A stretch of DNA of 51,565 bases from Candidatus Thorarchaeota archaeon SMTZ1-45 (GCA_001563335.1 LRSL01000047.1:1-51565), one strand, 5' to 3'. Positions 38,585 through 48,912 are shown, counted from the first letter of the stretch. Made by a program: numbers and translations. The notes: generated by a model from the sequence alone, not told the origin.

Positions 38585-39478
38585 TCACAATACTTCAGGA
38601 ATAATTTTCCTGATGAAATCCAGAGATTCTCTCGCTTCATCCATAGATAGTTCAAAGATGATTGGACCATCAAAGTTGTCTTTAACTAACTCTCGTAGAA
38701 ATTCACGTAACAATTTCTCGCCCATTATTCCTCGACCAAGAGGCACATGATCCTCATGAACAACTGTAACATCATCAGCTCTAGCAGCATCCTGTAGATG
38801 AATCTCTATGATTCGATCTTTGTGTGTTGCATAGAAGTCCATGACTGGCTCAGTGCCACTCATCTGTGCCAACAGGTGTGCAGTATCGAAACAGATGCTA
38901 GTGTCTAAATCGTCAACTACCTCTCGCAGGATATGATAGGGAAAATCCACATTCTCAATAGCCAATTCGCGGGGGTTGATTTCTGTTCTACTGACTATAT
39001 CTTCAACGCTTGCAGCTGCAAATCCAGCTAATAGTTGCCGAATCAAACGAATCAGATTTGAGTCATAATTTTGGTTTGAGAAGTAAGCAGCCATATCACC
39101 TGATGTATGTAATACATAAGCTTCTGGCTCAAGAGGTTTAGCAAGTTCAATTGATTCAATGATACTGTCAACACTACCTTTTCTCACATGTTCGTTGAAA
39201 GAAGCCAGTTCTAAGGACCAAAAAGGGAGATGTACAGTGTAGGAATGACCTAGTTCATCTTTTAGGTCTATCAGTTGATTGATTGATTCCGGTGTGATTG
39301 AGCCTGGAACTATGTATTTCGCATCCATTGTGATTTCTATAACTGAGTAGGAATCCAACATAGCCTCTCTTACAGTGTCGGGAACATTAAGACGCGAGAA
39401 GTCAGGAACACCATCGACCACTACTTTTTGAGCCACTTCAAGAAATTCTAGAGCTGTTGTACCAAACCTTAGAGACAT
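38585..39478 (-). CDS. AP endonuclease 2/xylose isomerase-like TIM barrel (CbiR-like)
   Basis: RFGTT N-terminus, YTVHLP, LAIEN, CFDTAH, EIHLQD, DH, IIFE. Confidence 0.8.
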   Translation of the reverse strand: MSLRFGTTALEFLEVAQKVVVDGVPDFSRLNVPDTVREAMLDSYSVIEITMDAKYIVPGSITPESINQLIDLKDELGHSYTVHLPFWSLELASFNEHVRKGSVDSIIESIELAKPLEPEAYVLHTSGDMAAYFSNQNYDSNLIRLIRQLLAGFAAASVEDIVSRTEINPRELAIENVDFPYHILREVVDDLDTSICFDTAHLLAQMSGTEPVMDFYATHKDRIIEIHLQDAARADDVTVVHEDHVPLGRGIMGEKLLREFLRELVKDNFDGPIIFELSMDEARESLDFIRKIIPEVL

Positions 39479-39575
39479 AAATTAGGCATCTCCATTCTGT
39501 TCTCATAGAAACCCTCCCGATAAACTGTGTCATGCTATGAAAGACATATACGTTGGTTAATCATCCATGAGGTAG

Positions 39576-40262
39576 GTGACACTATTGGCAATTACGATCC
39601 GATACTTGGCACACGCAAGTTTCCAAATCAAGACTGAAGACCAGAATATCTACATAGACCCTTCCACGAAAAACACAGGTCTGAAGAAGGATGCTTTTGA
39701 GCCAGCTGACCTGATATTGGTCACACATGGACATCAGGACCACTTTGACAAGGACTTAATCAAGAAAATTCGCAAAATGGGAAGTCCTGTTATTGCTCCT
39801 CTGAACCTCAAAAAGGAGATCAAGGGAGGGATAGTATGGGATTTGAGCCCAGGTCAGTTCATGAAGATGATAACAAGCGATGGAACAATCTGGGCTACAG
39901 AGGCATATAATGTGAAGAGATTCCGACCAAATGGAGAACCATTCCATCCCAAAGGATTTGGTGTGGGATTTCTCCTCAAGATTGGTGAGAAGAGAATCTA
40001 TCATGCAGGGGACACTGATTTGATTCCAGAAATGGAGAAACTTGTAGATGTTGGGGTTGACGTAGCGCTACTCCCAAGCGGAGATACATACACCATGGAT
40101 ATCAATGAGGCGGCAGAGGCGGTATTGACCATCAAACCAAAGATTGCAATCCCGATGCATCTGAAAGGTGCAGACCCGATAGCCTTCAAAGAGAAAGTAG
40201 AATCCCAATCGGATACTAAAGTTGTCATTCTTAGCGAAGGAGAAGAATATACACTGGAATAG
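39576..40262 (+). CDS. Metallo-beta-lactamase fold hydrolase
   Basis: THGHQDHFD, YHAGDT, IPMH. Confidence 0.92.
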   Translation: MTLLAITIRYLAHASFQIKTEDQNIYIDPSTKNTGLKKDAFEPADLILVTHGHQDHFDKDLIKKIRKMGSPVIAPLNLKKEIKGGIVWDLSPGQFMKMITSDGTIWATEAYNVKRFRPNGEPFHPKGFGVGFLLKIGEKRIYHAGDTDLIPEMEKLVDVGVDVALLPSGDTYTMDINEAAEAVLTIKPKIAIPMHLKGADPIAFKEKVESQSDTKVVILSEGEEYTLE

Positions 40263-40267
40263 AAATG

Positions 40268-40299
40268 AAAAAATGAGCAGGTAGCTGAGCTACCTGTTC
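40268..40299 (-). terminator. Hairpin plus U-tract terminator after the cyclophilin gene
   Basis: Minus strand GAACAGGTAGCTCAGCTACCTGCTC-ATTTTTT. Confidence 0.6.
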
Positions 40300-40318
40300 C
40301 TTCCAAACTTGTTCTGAT

Positions 40319-40795
40319 TTACATTTTTTGAAGTATATGAGATTCTATGGTCGGGTCCATTTCAAGAACTTCGACCTTAATCATTTTGTCACCCTGACGA
40401 ATACTCTTGACAACGTCTAATCCTTCAATGGTCTTTCCAAAGACGGTATGTTTCCCATCAAGGTGTTTGGTTTGTTCTCTGGTTAATACAATGAAAAATT
40501 GACTACCTCCAGTATTTCTTCCAGAGTGCGCCATCGAGAAGGAGCCAGGTTCATGTCTTTGTCTTGGACCATCGGTTTCACATGGTATGCGATATCCAGG
40601 ACCACCAGTCCCATTGCCTATAGGACAGCCACCTTGAATGACAAACTCAGGTATGACTCTGTGAAAAGTCAGTCCATCGTAGTATCCGCTCTGTGCTAGA
40701 GTCACGAAGTTCTTGACCGTGTTTATCGCGTCATCACTCCATAGTTCTCCAATGATGTCGCCACGGTTTGTCTGTATCTTGATTTTTGTTGGCAA
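40319..40795 (-). CDS. Cyclophilin-type peptidyl-prolyl isomerase
   Basis: FHRVIPEFVIQGGCP, SMAH.G.NTGGSQFFI, HLDGKHTVFG. Confidence 0.96.
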   Translation of the reverse strand: MPTKIKIQTNRGDIIGELWSDDAINTVKNFVTLAQSGYYDGLTFHRVIPEFVIQGGCPIGNGTGGPGYRIPCETDGPRQRHEPGSFSMAHSGRNTGGSQFFIVLTREQTKHLDGKHTVFGKTIEGLDVVKSIRQGDKMIKVEVLEMDPTIESHILQKM

Positions 40796-40894
40796 AATTC
40801 AGTCGCCTCTGTATTTCGCTCGTTCTTACCTTCTTAGCAGTTCCGGAAGATGCGATATTCATTATAGTGAGGCCTATCTGCTTATTAGCGATTC

Positions 40895-42121
40895 TTGAGC
40901 TTCTTGGATGAGCAAATGACTATCGAGAAGGAGTACACTGAAGGGAGAACTACATTCCTGAGTGCAGATGTAGACCATTATAGTGGAGATAAGAAGCAAC
41001 CGACTACAAGCTTGCCTGTATTCTATAATCCAAGAATGCAGCTAAACAGAGACCTCTCTGTACTCTTTCTAACAGTTTACATGGATAGACATCCAGTTGA
41101 GTTGATGTGTGAACCATTGACAGGTTCTGGTGTAAGGACTCTTAGGTATCTCAATGAGTGCCCAAGTGACTTCTATGCGATAATGTGTGATACGAACCCA
41201 CTAGCTGTGGATATAGCACAACGAAATGTTGAAGCTCTTGGATTCAACAATCGAGCGAAAGTAATCCATGGTGATGCCAAACTATTGTTAATGACTGAAT
41301 CGAGAGAGAAGCGTTTTGACTTTGTAGATGTGGATCCATTTGGGACACCAACCCCCTACATCTATGCGGCTGTACAGTCTATGAGCCCAAAGGGGGGACT
41401 GTTAGCAGCAACTGCAACCGATATGCCAGTTCTCTGTGGAGTGCATCCCAATATTGCATTACGAAGATATGGGGGGTTTTCTGCTAGAACACCATTCACA
41501 CATGAGATTGCGGTTAGGCTTCTAAATGGTTTCATCTACAGTATTGCTGGTTCTAATGATTGCTCCATTGAACCACTTGCTGTGGTGAGTACCGATCACT
41601 ATGTTAGGACATGGGTGAGGATTGACAATGATAGAGCAGAGGCAAACCAACAAGCTAGAGAGATGGGGACCATAGTATATTGTACAGGATGTATGCACTC
41701 GATGGTGATACCGCTCCTTTCCAAATTACTGAACGTTGATTTTGACCACAAAAGAGAGGGTTGTACTGGGACATTGCACTTGGCGGGACCTCTATGGATT
41801 GGAGCTTTATTTCAAAATCAATATCTTATTGACGCAATCAATTTACTTGCTAAGGATGAGAGTCAAACATATCATCGAAGAGTGTCAGGTATACTTGAGA
41901 AGATGTTGGAAGAGTCTATTCTTACAAGCAGACCATATATCGACCTTCATGCGTTGTGTGACCTTTACAACTTAACACCCCCAAAGACAAGAATCATCAT
42001 ACAGGGCCTGAAAGACCAAGGATTTGAGGTTTCGAGAACTCATTTCAAGCCCACAGCAATAAGGACAACTGCATCTGTGAACGAAGTAATGCAGATTATA
42101 CTCAACTACCAAATGAGGTGA
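40895..42121 (+). CDS. trm1: tRNA (guanine-26,N2)-dimethyltransferase
   Basis: PVFYNPRMQLNRD, GSGVR.LRY, DVDPFGTP, GPLWIG, SRTHF. Confidence 0.94.
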   Translation: MSFLDEQMTIEKEYTEGRTTFLSADVDHYSGDKKQPTTSLPVFYNPRMQLNRDLSVLFLTVYMDRHPVELMCEPLTGSGVRTLRYLNECPSDFYAIMCDTNPLAVDIAQRNVEALGFNNRAKVIHGDAKLLLMTESREKRFDFVDVDPFGTPTPYIYAAVQSMSPKGGLLAATATDMPVLCGVHPNIALRRYGGFSARTPFTHEIAVRLLNGFIYSIAGSNDCSIEPLAVVSTDHYVRTWVRIDNDRAEANQQAREMGTIVYCTGCMHSMVIPLLSKLLNVDFDHKREGCTGTLHLAGPLWIGALFQNQYLIDAINLLAKDESQTYHRRVSGILEKMLEESILTSRPYIDLHALCDLYNLTPPKTRIIIQGLKDQGFEVSRTHFKPTAIRTTASVNEVMQIILNYQMR

Positions 42122-42128
42122 CAATGCA

Positions 42129-42755
42129 ATGGGGCGACCACGAGGTGGACAAAGAGAACGAAAGAAAGAGCATTATTATAGAGCAGCTAAGAGAGAAGGG
42201 TATCGAAGTCGGTCTGCCTACAAACTAAAACAAATTGTAAAAAAGCAGAAACTCCTTCTAGGTGTTGATCGAGTAGTTGAACTCTGTTGCAGTCCAGGGG
42301 GATGGACTCAGGTTCTAAAAGAGCTGGATAGCAGTCTCCAAATTGTAGCAGTTGATTTAGATATGATGCCTCCTCTAGAGGGGGTCAAGTTCATCCAGGG
42401 GGATATACTCGATGAAAAAGTGATTGAGAGAATTGAATCTCTTACTGGAGGAGCTGTAGATCTTGTTCTCTCAGACTGTTCTCCGAAAGTGACAGGGCAC
42501 TGGGATTTGGATGTAGCAAGACAGTTATCGCTTGTAGAGGGAACCATCAATATCGCATACCGATTACTTGGAAACAAAGGAAAGGTTCTGGCTAAGGTTT
42601 TCCAAGGTTCTGGATTTCAAGAATTTCTTCAGTCTGTCAAAAAGAGATTCAACTCTGTGAAACTAATCAAACCGGATGCGTCACGAAAAACTAGTGCTGA
42701 GATCTATCTTCTTGCAATTGGGCCCCGTGGAAGAAACCCCCAAGAAAGTTCTTAA
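42129..42755 (+). CDS. rlmE: 23S rRNA Um2552 methyltransferase
   Basis: YRSRSAYKL, SPGGW, VLSD, KVFQG, KPDASRKTSAEIY. Confidence 0.95.
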   Translation: MGRPRGGQRERKKEHYYRAAKREGYRSRSAYKLKQIVKKQKLLLGVDRVVELCCSPGGWTQVLKELDSSLQIVAVDLDMMPPLEGVKFIQGDILDEKVIERIESLTGGAVDLVLSDCSPKVTGHWDLDVARQLSLVEGTINIAYRLLGNKGKVLAKVFQGSGFQEFLQSVKKRFNSVKLIKPDASRKTSAEIYLLAIGPRGRNPQESS

Positions 42756-43111
42756 CTAGTAGCCTTGCCCAGGTCAGCGCCCAGCCATTCCTCAAGCTCT
42801 CTACATGTGACTGGAGAGTCTGGCTGTCTGATTCCGCATCTGCCAATCTTCAGGCAATGGAAACATGGGCAACCGTTCATATCGGATAGACCACCGGGCT
42901 CAGCATCGTCAACAGCTGGAGTTTTTATGATATATCTTTCTTTTTCGAGTTCTTGTTTCTGCATTATTCGTCCCTCAGACATCAATGTGTCGATTATTTT
43001 TGTTATCTCTTGAGAGTCGATTCCCAGCCTATCCATGAGTTCCCCGATGAGCAGACCATTCTCACCTGCGTCACGCAGAGCGTTCAGGATCTGGTCGGTA
43101 TCATCGTTCAT
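42752..43111 (-). CDS. tfeB: TFE-beta / RPC34-like protein (wHTH + 4Fe-4S)
   Basis: N-terminal wHTH; C-terminal PCFHC...C......SPVTC..LEEWL cluster motif. Confidence 0.85.
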   Translation of the reverse strand: MNDDTDQILNALRDAGENGLLIGELMDRLGIDSQEITKIIDTLMSEGRIMQKQELEKERYIIKTPAVDDAEPGGLSDMNGCPCFHCLKIGRCGIRQPDSPVTCRELEEWLGADLGKATS

Positions 43112-43241
43112 TGAAATGACCTTGAATAGACATCTGGCAACATAAGACGAACTACACGAAATGATATTTAACTATCGGAAGAGGCTAGCCAATATCGTCA
43201 AATATCGTATCTAATCAAACATGATTGTACATCTTTGTACA

Positions 43242-43478
43242 TTAGTTTTTCTTAAGATAGAGCATCTGACCAATCAATTTTGATGTGTCAATATCACTTT
43301 TTGGACGTACAGCCACATAGGGCTCTTTCACAGGTCCAAAGACATCAATGATGACACCAACTTCTTTTGCTTTCTTATCAAGAACGATTGACCGAGAACC
43401 GACTGGTGGTGTTTTTTCTGTGCGTAGAATGATTGATCCACGCTTTGAAATATGCAGAACAGTTCCTAGTCGTCTCAA
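43242..43478 (-). CDS. gar1: H/ACA RNP protein Gar1
   Basis: LGTVLHIS...VGVIIDVFGPVKEPY. Confidence 0.92.
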   Translation of the reverse strand: MRRLGTVLHISKRGSIILRTEKTPPVGSRSIVLDKKAKEVGVIIDVFGPVKEPYVAVRPKSDIDTSKLIGQMLYLKKN

Positions 43479-43495
43479 TAGGTCACACACTCAGA

Positions 43496-43852
43496 TTATT
43501 TTCGGCGTTTTTTCTTTCCCTTTTTCTTCATTTCAGCAGCCATACGAGCTGACTCTCGTTGAGCTACTGCTCTTCGAACACCTTTGGCAAGCATGAGCAG
43601 TACCCGTTTCTTTTTGTGATTCTCAGGATTTGATACAAGTATGTAGCCGCTTTTATCAGAGTAACCACGAGGGTATTGTTTGTCTAGCTCACTCTCGTAT
43701 TCAAAGCCTGACGACTCAGCAGCCATCTCAAGAATCTTCAAGGTAACATTTGATGCTGCCAAATTGCTTGGAACTTTACGACCCTGCAACCTTGTGAGGT
43801 TCTTTTCAAAATATGCAGGCCAGAAAATAAGCATCCCATCGTGTTTTCTCAT
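43496..43852 (-). CDS. srp19: Signal recognition particle 19 kDa protein
   Basis: IFWPAYF..NLTRLQGRKVP...KQYPR; probable start MRKHDG. Confidence 0.9.
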   Translation of the reverse strand: MRKHDGMLIFWPAYFEKNLTRLQGRKVPSNLAASNVTLKILEMAAESSGFEYESELDKQYPRGYSDKSGYILVSNPENHKKKRVLLMLAKGVRRAVAQRESARMAAEMKKKGKKKRRK

Positions 43853-44011
43853 TCTGTATAGCTTCCAAGTTATGTACATTTTTTCCAGTTTTGTTGCTCT
43901 TTTTACCTTTCGCATCTGAGGACATGGTATGGGGTGAATTCCTATAAAATGAAGAACTTGATAAGCCGGTAAGATAGCCACCTAATAACGGAACTAGAGG
44001 ATGAAAGATAT

Positions 44012-44485
44012 TTGACCAGAAAGAGCAAGGATGTCTATTTTGCAGAGATTGCAGATTTGGTGTCTTCACGTAGTACTTGTATGAGAAATCAGGTAGGCGC
44101 AGTCATCGTAAAAGATTCGCAGATTCTTAGCACAGGATATAATGGTGCTCCAAAGAAATTGCCTCATTGTGAAGATGTGGGATGCATTAGAGAAGAGCTT
44201 GGTGTGAAGCCTGGAGAGCGCCATGAGTTATGTAGGGGGTTGCATGCTGAGCAGAACGCCATTATTCAGGCAGCCTTTCATGGAGTCAGTGTGAATGGAG
44301 CTAAGGTATATTGTACAACTCGACCTTGTAGCATTTGTACTAAGATGTTAATCAACGCAGGTATCCATGAGATCATCTACATTGAGGAGTATGAAGATGA
44401 GCTTGCAGCACAGCTTGTGAAGGAGGCACACCTTAATCTTCGTCGAGTTGAAATTGCAAGGAAGTACGGAAGAAATTCAAAATAG
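44012..44485 (+). CDS. dCMP deaminase (ComEB-like)
   Basis: RSTC..QVGAVIV, TGYNG, HAEQNAI, PCSIC. Confidence 0.93.
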   Translation: MTRKSKDVYFAEIADLVSSRSTCMRNQVGAVIVKDSQILSTGYNGAPKKLPHCEDVGCIREELGVKPGERHELCRGLHAEQNAIIQAAFHGVSVNGAKVYCTTRPCSICTKMLINAGIHEIIYIEEYEDELAAQLVKEAHLNLRRVEIARKYGRNSK

Positions 44486-44560
44486 CTCTTCTATCAGTCG
44501 TTCATCTGGAAAGGTTAAAGAAGAAGATTGGTTCGTTCCAGCCTAAGTGGGTGTCCTCAT

Positions 44561-45475
44561 ATGGGAGAACTTCAGAATCTAATCAGCATTCATGACCTCG
44601 ATAGGAAGATGATAGATCATATACTTGACACCGCCTCCAAGATGGAGTCAGTTGCGGTGAAGAGAAGCAAAGATTTAGATTCGAAGATCATGGCGGTCCT
44701 GTTTTTTGAGCCATCTACTCGCACGCGTCTTTCTTTTGAGAGTGCAATGCTAAGGCTTGGAGGAAGTGTTCTTGGTTTTGCAGAGGCAGGGGTATCAAGT
44801 GCAGGAGGAAAGGGTGAAACTCTAGCTGATACAATTAAGACAGTGGAAAGATATGCAGATGTCATTGTCATTCGTCATCCATTAGATGGCTCTGCAAGAG
44901 TTGCTGCAGAATTTTCCAGTATTCCTGTGATTAACGCAGGAAGTGGTTCTGAGGAACATCCAACCCAGGCTTTACTGGATTTGTATTCAATCCGTAAGAT
45001 GAAAGGAAAAATTGATGGACTCTCAATATCGCTATGTGGAGACCTGAAGTATGGGCGTACAGTCCACTCGTTGGGCATGGGACTTTGCCATTACGATGTT
45101 AAAATCAAACTTGCTGCACCACAAGCACTCAGGATGAAACCTGCAATCATTGAACAGATGAAGAGGTCTGGTGTCGATGTGGTGGAAGTAGAAACTGTAG
45201 AAGAAGCTGTGAAAGATGTAGACGTAATCTACACCACTCGTATCCAAAAGGAACGTTTTCCAGATGTTCGAGAATACGATAAGGTCAAAGATAGATTTCG
45301 AATCACTACAATTGATCTAGATTTGATGCGCGAGGATGCAATTATACTACATCCACTTCCAAGAGTAGATGAACTTGATGCTCAGATTGATGATACACCG
45401 CATGCGAAATACTTTGATCAGGTATACAATGGAGTAATATTGCGGATGGCTGTGTTGAAACTAATCCTTGGCTAG
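44561..45475 (+). CDS. pyrB: Aspartate carbamoyltransferase catalytic subunit
   Basis: FFEPSTRTRLSF, HPTQALLD, GDLKYGRTVHS, HPLPR. Confidence 0.97.
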   Translation: MGELQNLISIHDLDRKMIDHILDTASKMESVAVKRSKDLDSKIMAVLFFEPSTRTRLSFESAMLRLGGSVLGFAEAGVSSAGGKGETLADTIKTVERYADVIVIRHPLDGSARVAAEFSSIPVINAGSGSEEHPTQALLDLYSIRKMKGKIDGLSISLCGDLKYGRTVHSLGMGLCHYDVKIKLAAPQALRMKPAIIEQMKRSGVDVVEVETVEEAVKDVDVIYTTRIQKERFPDVREYDKVKDRFRITTIDLDLMREDAIILHPLPRVDELDAQIDDTPHAKYFDQVYNGVILRMAVLKLILG

Positions 45476-46197
45476 GTCGGCTCTATTCCTCTCAGCTCAC
45501 GTGTCAATGTTTCAACAGACCCGGCCTTACGAACCGCCAGAGGGATTCGCATCTGCTCAGACAGCTCCAAGGCAAGCCGATCCACTTCTGAGATACCATG
45601 GAGAATCACGAGGGATGGTTTGAACTCTTGCGACTTGATGGCAATCATTGGCGCTCGACCTGTGTTGACACTAGTGAATATCAGACACCTTTCTGTGGTG
45701 GCTCCGAAGAGCTTCAGGAATGCATCACTGCTCAGCTCCTTCACTGCTCGTTCCACATCAACCAAAGTGTAGCCAAAGATTTCCCTATCCAGTAGCTTTT
45801 CTCCCGACTTAATGGTACATTTCAAACGTTTACAGAACTCTTTTGCTGTAATTGGCGATGAAAAATCACTCATTGCCAACACAATATTGAGGTCAACAAG
45901 ACTGACATCCATAAGTCTAACAAATGCAGCTACAACTTGACCACCACTTCGTTCATCTAGAGTCAGTAAAGCCATGACAAATCGTTGAATTGTTGAAGTG
46001 CCTGGAGATTTTCTTCTTCCAGACTCGTAATCGCTAATCACGCTTGGACTGATACCTAGAAAGTCTGCAAGGGTTATCTGTGGTAATCTGAAGCGTTCCC
46101 TCCAGATTCTCATGGTCTGTCCTGGATGGTCTGATAATGCAATTTCACCAGCAATGCGACGAGCAAGACGCTCCCGGACAGACGATTGATACGACAT
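45472..46197 (-). CDS. Archaeal XRE-family transcriptional regulator (COG1709-like)
   Basis: IAGEIALSD.PG..MRIWRE..SPSVISDYESGRRKSPG; TGRAPMIAIK. Confidence 0.9.
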   Translation of the reverse strand: MSYQSSVRERLARRIAGEIALSDHPGQTMRIWRERFRLPQITLADFLGISPSVISDYESGRRKSPGTSTIQRFVMALLTLDERSGGQVVAAFVRLMDVSLVDLNIVLAMSDFSSPITAKEFCKRLKCTIKSGEKLLDREIFGYTLVDVERAVKELSSDAFLKLFGATTERCLIFTSVNTGRAPMIAIKSQEFKPSLVILHGISEVDRLALELSEQMRIPLAVRKAGSVETLTRELRGIEPT

Positions 46198-46307
46198 TGA
46201 ACGAATTTCCAAGTGATATGAACATAAGGATTTCGACTATTGACGATGTTTAGATTTCTCGGCAAATATGAGGGGGTGATTCATGTTGTAATAAATGAAA
46301 GAACTAA

Positions 46308-46414
46308 TGGTGGGCCGGCCCGGATTTGAACCGGGGATCCCCTGGATTTTTGCTGGTAGACATCAGTCTACAAGACCCAAACCAGGAATCATAGCCAAGC
46401 TAGACCACCGACCC
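46308..46414 (-). tRNA. tRNA-Pro(TGG) with 29-nt intron at 37/38 (46347-46375)
   Basis: CCTGG-TT-TGG-G[intron]T-CCAGG; BHB helix TTTG/CAAA; encoded CCA. Confidence 0.95.
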
Positions 46415-46462
46415 ATGTGTGGGTGTGTGCCCCCAACTCTCGTTATAAGAATATCTCTGGAT

Positions 46463-48166
46463 TCATTGAAATATCTCAAGGATGACTCCTTGGTATGATT
46501 CAAGATAAAGATTGGAATCTCTGAGGGGATTGGAGTCTGGAAATGTGGAATACAGTAGGGCAAATTTCTCTTGAGCTACACTGGTCTGAAACGGTTTGTT
46601 AGAGAAGTTCAGCCAAATCTGTACTGATTGTTCATTGTGTGTGCGTTGATAAGAGAGGCAATTCCCAAGTAGAAATCGAGGTGATAAGAATAAAGAACCA
46701 GAGTGAAGAGCAGGAATTTTCTTTCGGAGCTGCAAAAGAGCTTTGTAGCAGTTCAGTAGTGAGGTGGGGTCAGATTCTTCAGATTCCACATTGATTGTTT
46801 CGTGGCCTGGACTTATTGGTAACCAAGGTTCCAAATGATCAGAGCAGAAACCTGCATTCGGTGATGGAGTCCATTGCATTGGAGTTCTGCAATTATCGCG
46901 ATTGAGTGAGAATGAACCATTTCTTGTTAGTAGCTTAACTAGAGGCTGAGGAATCCAACTAAATTTTTGTCCTATGGGGTCCTGAGAAGTATTAAGTGAA
47001 AGTCTATGATTTGACATTCCAATTTCTTCACCATAATAAATGAAAGGAACACCTCTTGCTGTAAATTGTAAGGTAGCATTGAGTTTTGCTTTGTTGATAT
47101 CATTACCTAATTTGGTGATTCTTCGCATCTGGTCGTGGTTTGAGAATACTAATGTTGGAGTGTATGGTTCGGGAAAGAATTGTTCATACCTACCAATTAA
47201 TTTGTGAAGGTGAATGGCGTCAAGAGCCACATTTAGCGACTGGAACTGGAATGTCAAATGAAGACCGTTGGTTTCGGTTTCATTTTTCTGCTCTCCACAG
47301 TATTTCTTTAATATATCAAGAGATGCTGTAATTTCTCCAACCAAGAATCGTTCAGGGTCTGAATATTCGTCAGCCACACTTCGGAGTTCCTTCACAAATT
47401 CAAAGTTGTCAGGGTGATTCATGGTGTGGATTTTATTCTGGAAAAAGCTCTTGTCATCTTCTTCAGATGGGAAGTACTTCCAAGCAAATGGGTTGTTACG
47501 AAAGTCCTGATCTTCAAATATTGTATTTATGATATCCAAACGAAAACCATCGACTCCTTTTTCCAGCCAAAACCGAACCGTATCAAACATCTCCTGCCTA
47601 ACTTCAGGATTACGATAATTCAGGTCTGGTTGAAAGGGTAGGAACTGTGCCCAGTACCATTGATCGGTTTGTTTGTCATAATGCCATCCGGAGCCTCCTA
47701 CAATTGCTTTCCAGTTGTTAGGAGGTTTCTTGCCTTCTGATTTTATTCCATCACGCCAGATATACCAATCTCGTTTCGGATTATCTTTGCTTGATCTTGA
47801 CTCGATGAACCATGGATGTTTTTCACTAGTGTGGTTGAGGACTAAATCAAAAACAACGTACATCTCTCGATTGTGAGTTTCCTGAATGAGTTTCTCACAG
47901 TCGTTCATTGTTCCATATTCAGATGCAATACTGCGGTAGTCACTGACATCATAACCATGGTCTGCTTGAGGGCTTGAAAAGAAAGGAGAGAGCCAGATTG
48001 TTTCAACACCTAGATTCAGTAGATAATCCAGCTTTGAGATAATACCAGGAATGTCTCCTATTCCATTTCCAGTGGTATCTTTGAAGCTTCGTGGGTAAAT
48101 CTGGTACACTGTGGTCTTTTTCCACCACGATAGGTTGCTAGGAGTTGACCTTGACAAAGTGGACAC
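46463..48166 (-). CDS. GH13 alpha-glucosidase / oligo-1,6-glucosidase
   Basis: YQIYPRSF, DLVLNHTS, GFRLD, VGE, SNHD, YYGEEIGM, RTPMQW. Confidence 0.96.
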   Translation of the reverse strand: MSTLSRSTPSNLSWWKKTTVYQIYPRSFKDTTGNGIGDIPGIISKLDYLLNLGVETIWLSPFFSSPQADHGYDVSDYRSIASEYGTMNDCEKLIQETHNREMYVVFDLVLNHTSEKHPWFIESRSSKDNPKRDWYIWRDGIKSEGKKPPNNWKAIVGGSGWHYDKQTDQWYWAQFLPFQPDLNYRNPEVRQEMFDTVRFWLEKGVDGFRLDIINTIFEDQDFRNNPFAWKYFPSEEDDKSFFQNKIHTMNHPDNFEFVKELRSVADEYSDPERFLVGEITASLDILKKYCGEQKNETETNGLHLTFQFQSLNVALDAIHLHKLIGRYEQFFPEPYTPTLVFSNHDQMRRITKLGNDINKAKLNATLQFTARGVPFIYYGEEIGMSNHRLSLNTSQDPIGQKFSWIPQPLVKLLTRNGSFSLNRDNCRTPMQWTPSPNAGFCSDHLEPWLPISPGHETINVESEESDPTSLLNCYKALLQLRKKIPALHSGSLFLSPRFLLGNCLSYQRTHNEQSVQIWLNFSNKPFQTSVAQEKFALLYSTFPDSNPLRDSNLYLESYQGVILEIFQ

Positions 48167-48279
48167 CCTTGAGGACTGGAGGGCAACCTCCTTTTTTCTA
48201 TTCTCACTTCAAGCATTTACGATGTGCTAAAAATTTGTCAGTCATGAATAAGGTCTTAACAGCTAAGTAGAATTTGATA

Positions 48280-48501
48280 ATGAGTAAGATGAGTCTACTT
48301 GGACCAGATGATTTCGACTTGGACAGAAAGGATCGAAAAAAGAAACTTGCAAAGGATCTAGCCCCTTCAGTTGCTAAGGAGATAGAAAAATGGCTAGATA
48401 GGGAAGATGACCCTGAGGCTTTCAGAAGAGTTTCAGAAATTGTGGGTCCAGAAGAAGCAGCTCGTTTGTTTGCAAAACGTCGCAGATTGGGGGAAGATTG
48501 A
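48280..48501 (+). CDS. Small charged hypothetical protein
   Basis: About 73-aa helical, charged ORF. Confidence 0.6.
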   Translation: MSKMSLLGPDDFDLDRKDRKKKLAKDLAPSVAKEIEKWLDREDDPEAFRRVSEIVGPEEAARLFAKRRRLGED

Positions 48502-48543
48502 AATCAGGGGACTTTCTACTCGAAGATTAATGAAGGGACTACA

Positions 48544-48912
48544 GTGACCACTGGAGAATATGAGATAGAAGAACAGACAGAACAAAGTAACATCAGAACA
48601 TCGCTAGCTTTCATCCGAACCATTGATGCTGAGAAAAGAACACATCTTGCAGAACTTCGTACTGGAATAGGAATAATGACAATACCGATGTCCCTATTGA
48701 CAATCCTGATTGCGACATCAAATAGTTATTCGATCGGTGAGGTCTTGGGATACATGGTGGCTCTAGTTGCAAGTATAATATTTCTATTCTTAATCGGTGG
48801 TCATCTCGTATTTTCATCTCTTCGAAAGATACGTGGGGATAATGTTCTCCGAAATAGATGTGATGACTTATCCTGCCTAATTGCAGAGTTTAATGACCAT
48901 AATCACGATTAG
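48544..48912 (+). CDS. DUF202-like small membrane protein
   Basis: SNIRTSLA..RT..AEKRTHLAELRTGI followed by 2 TM. Confidence 0.7.
   Translation: MTTGEYEIEEQTEQSNIRTSLAFIRTIDAEKRTHLAELRTGIGIMTIPMSLLTILIATSNSYSIGEVLGYMVALVASIIFLFLIGGHLVFSSLRKIRGDNVLRNRCDDLSCLIAEFNDHNHD

Noticed and set aside
43853-43981. N-terminal extension of SRP19 (likewise for valS, URO-D, SDR and the NTase)
   Set aside because: Artefacts of longest-ORF calling; family homology begins at downstream starts
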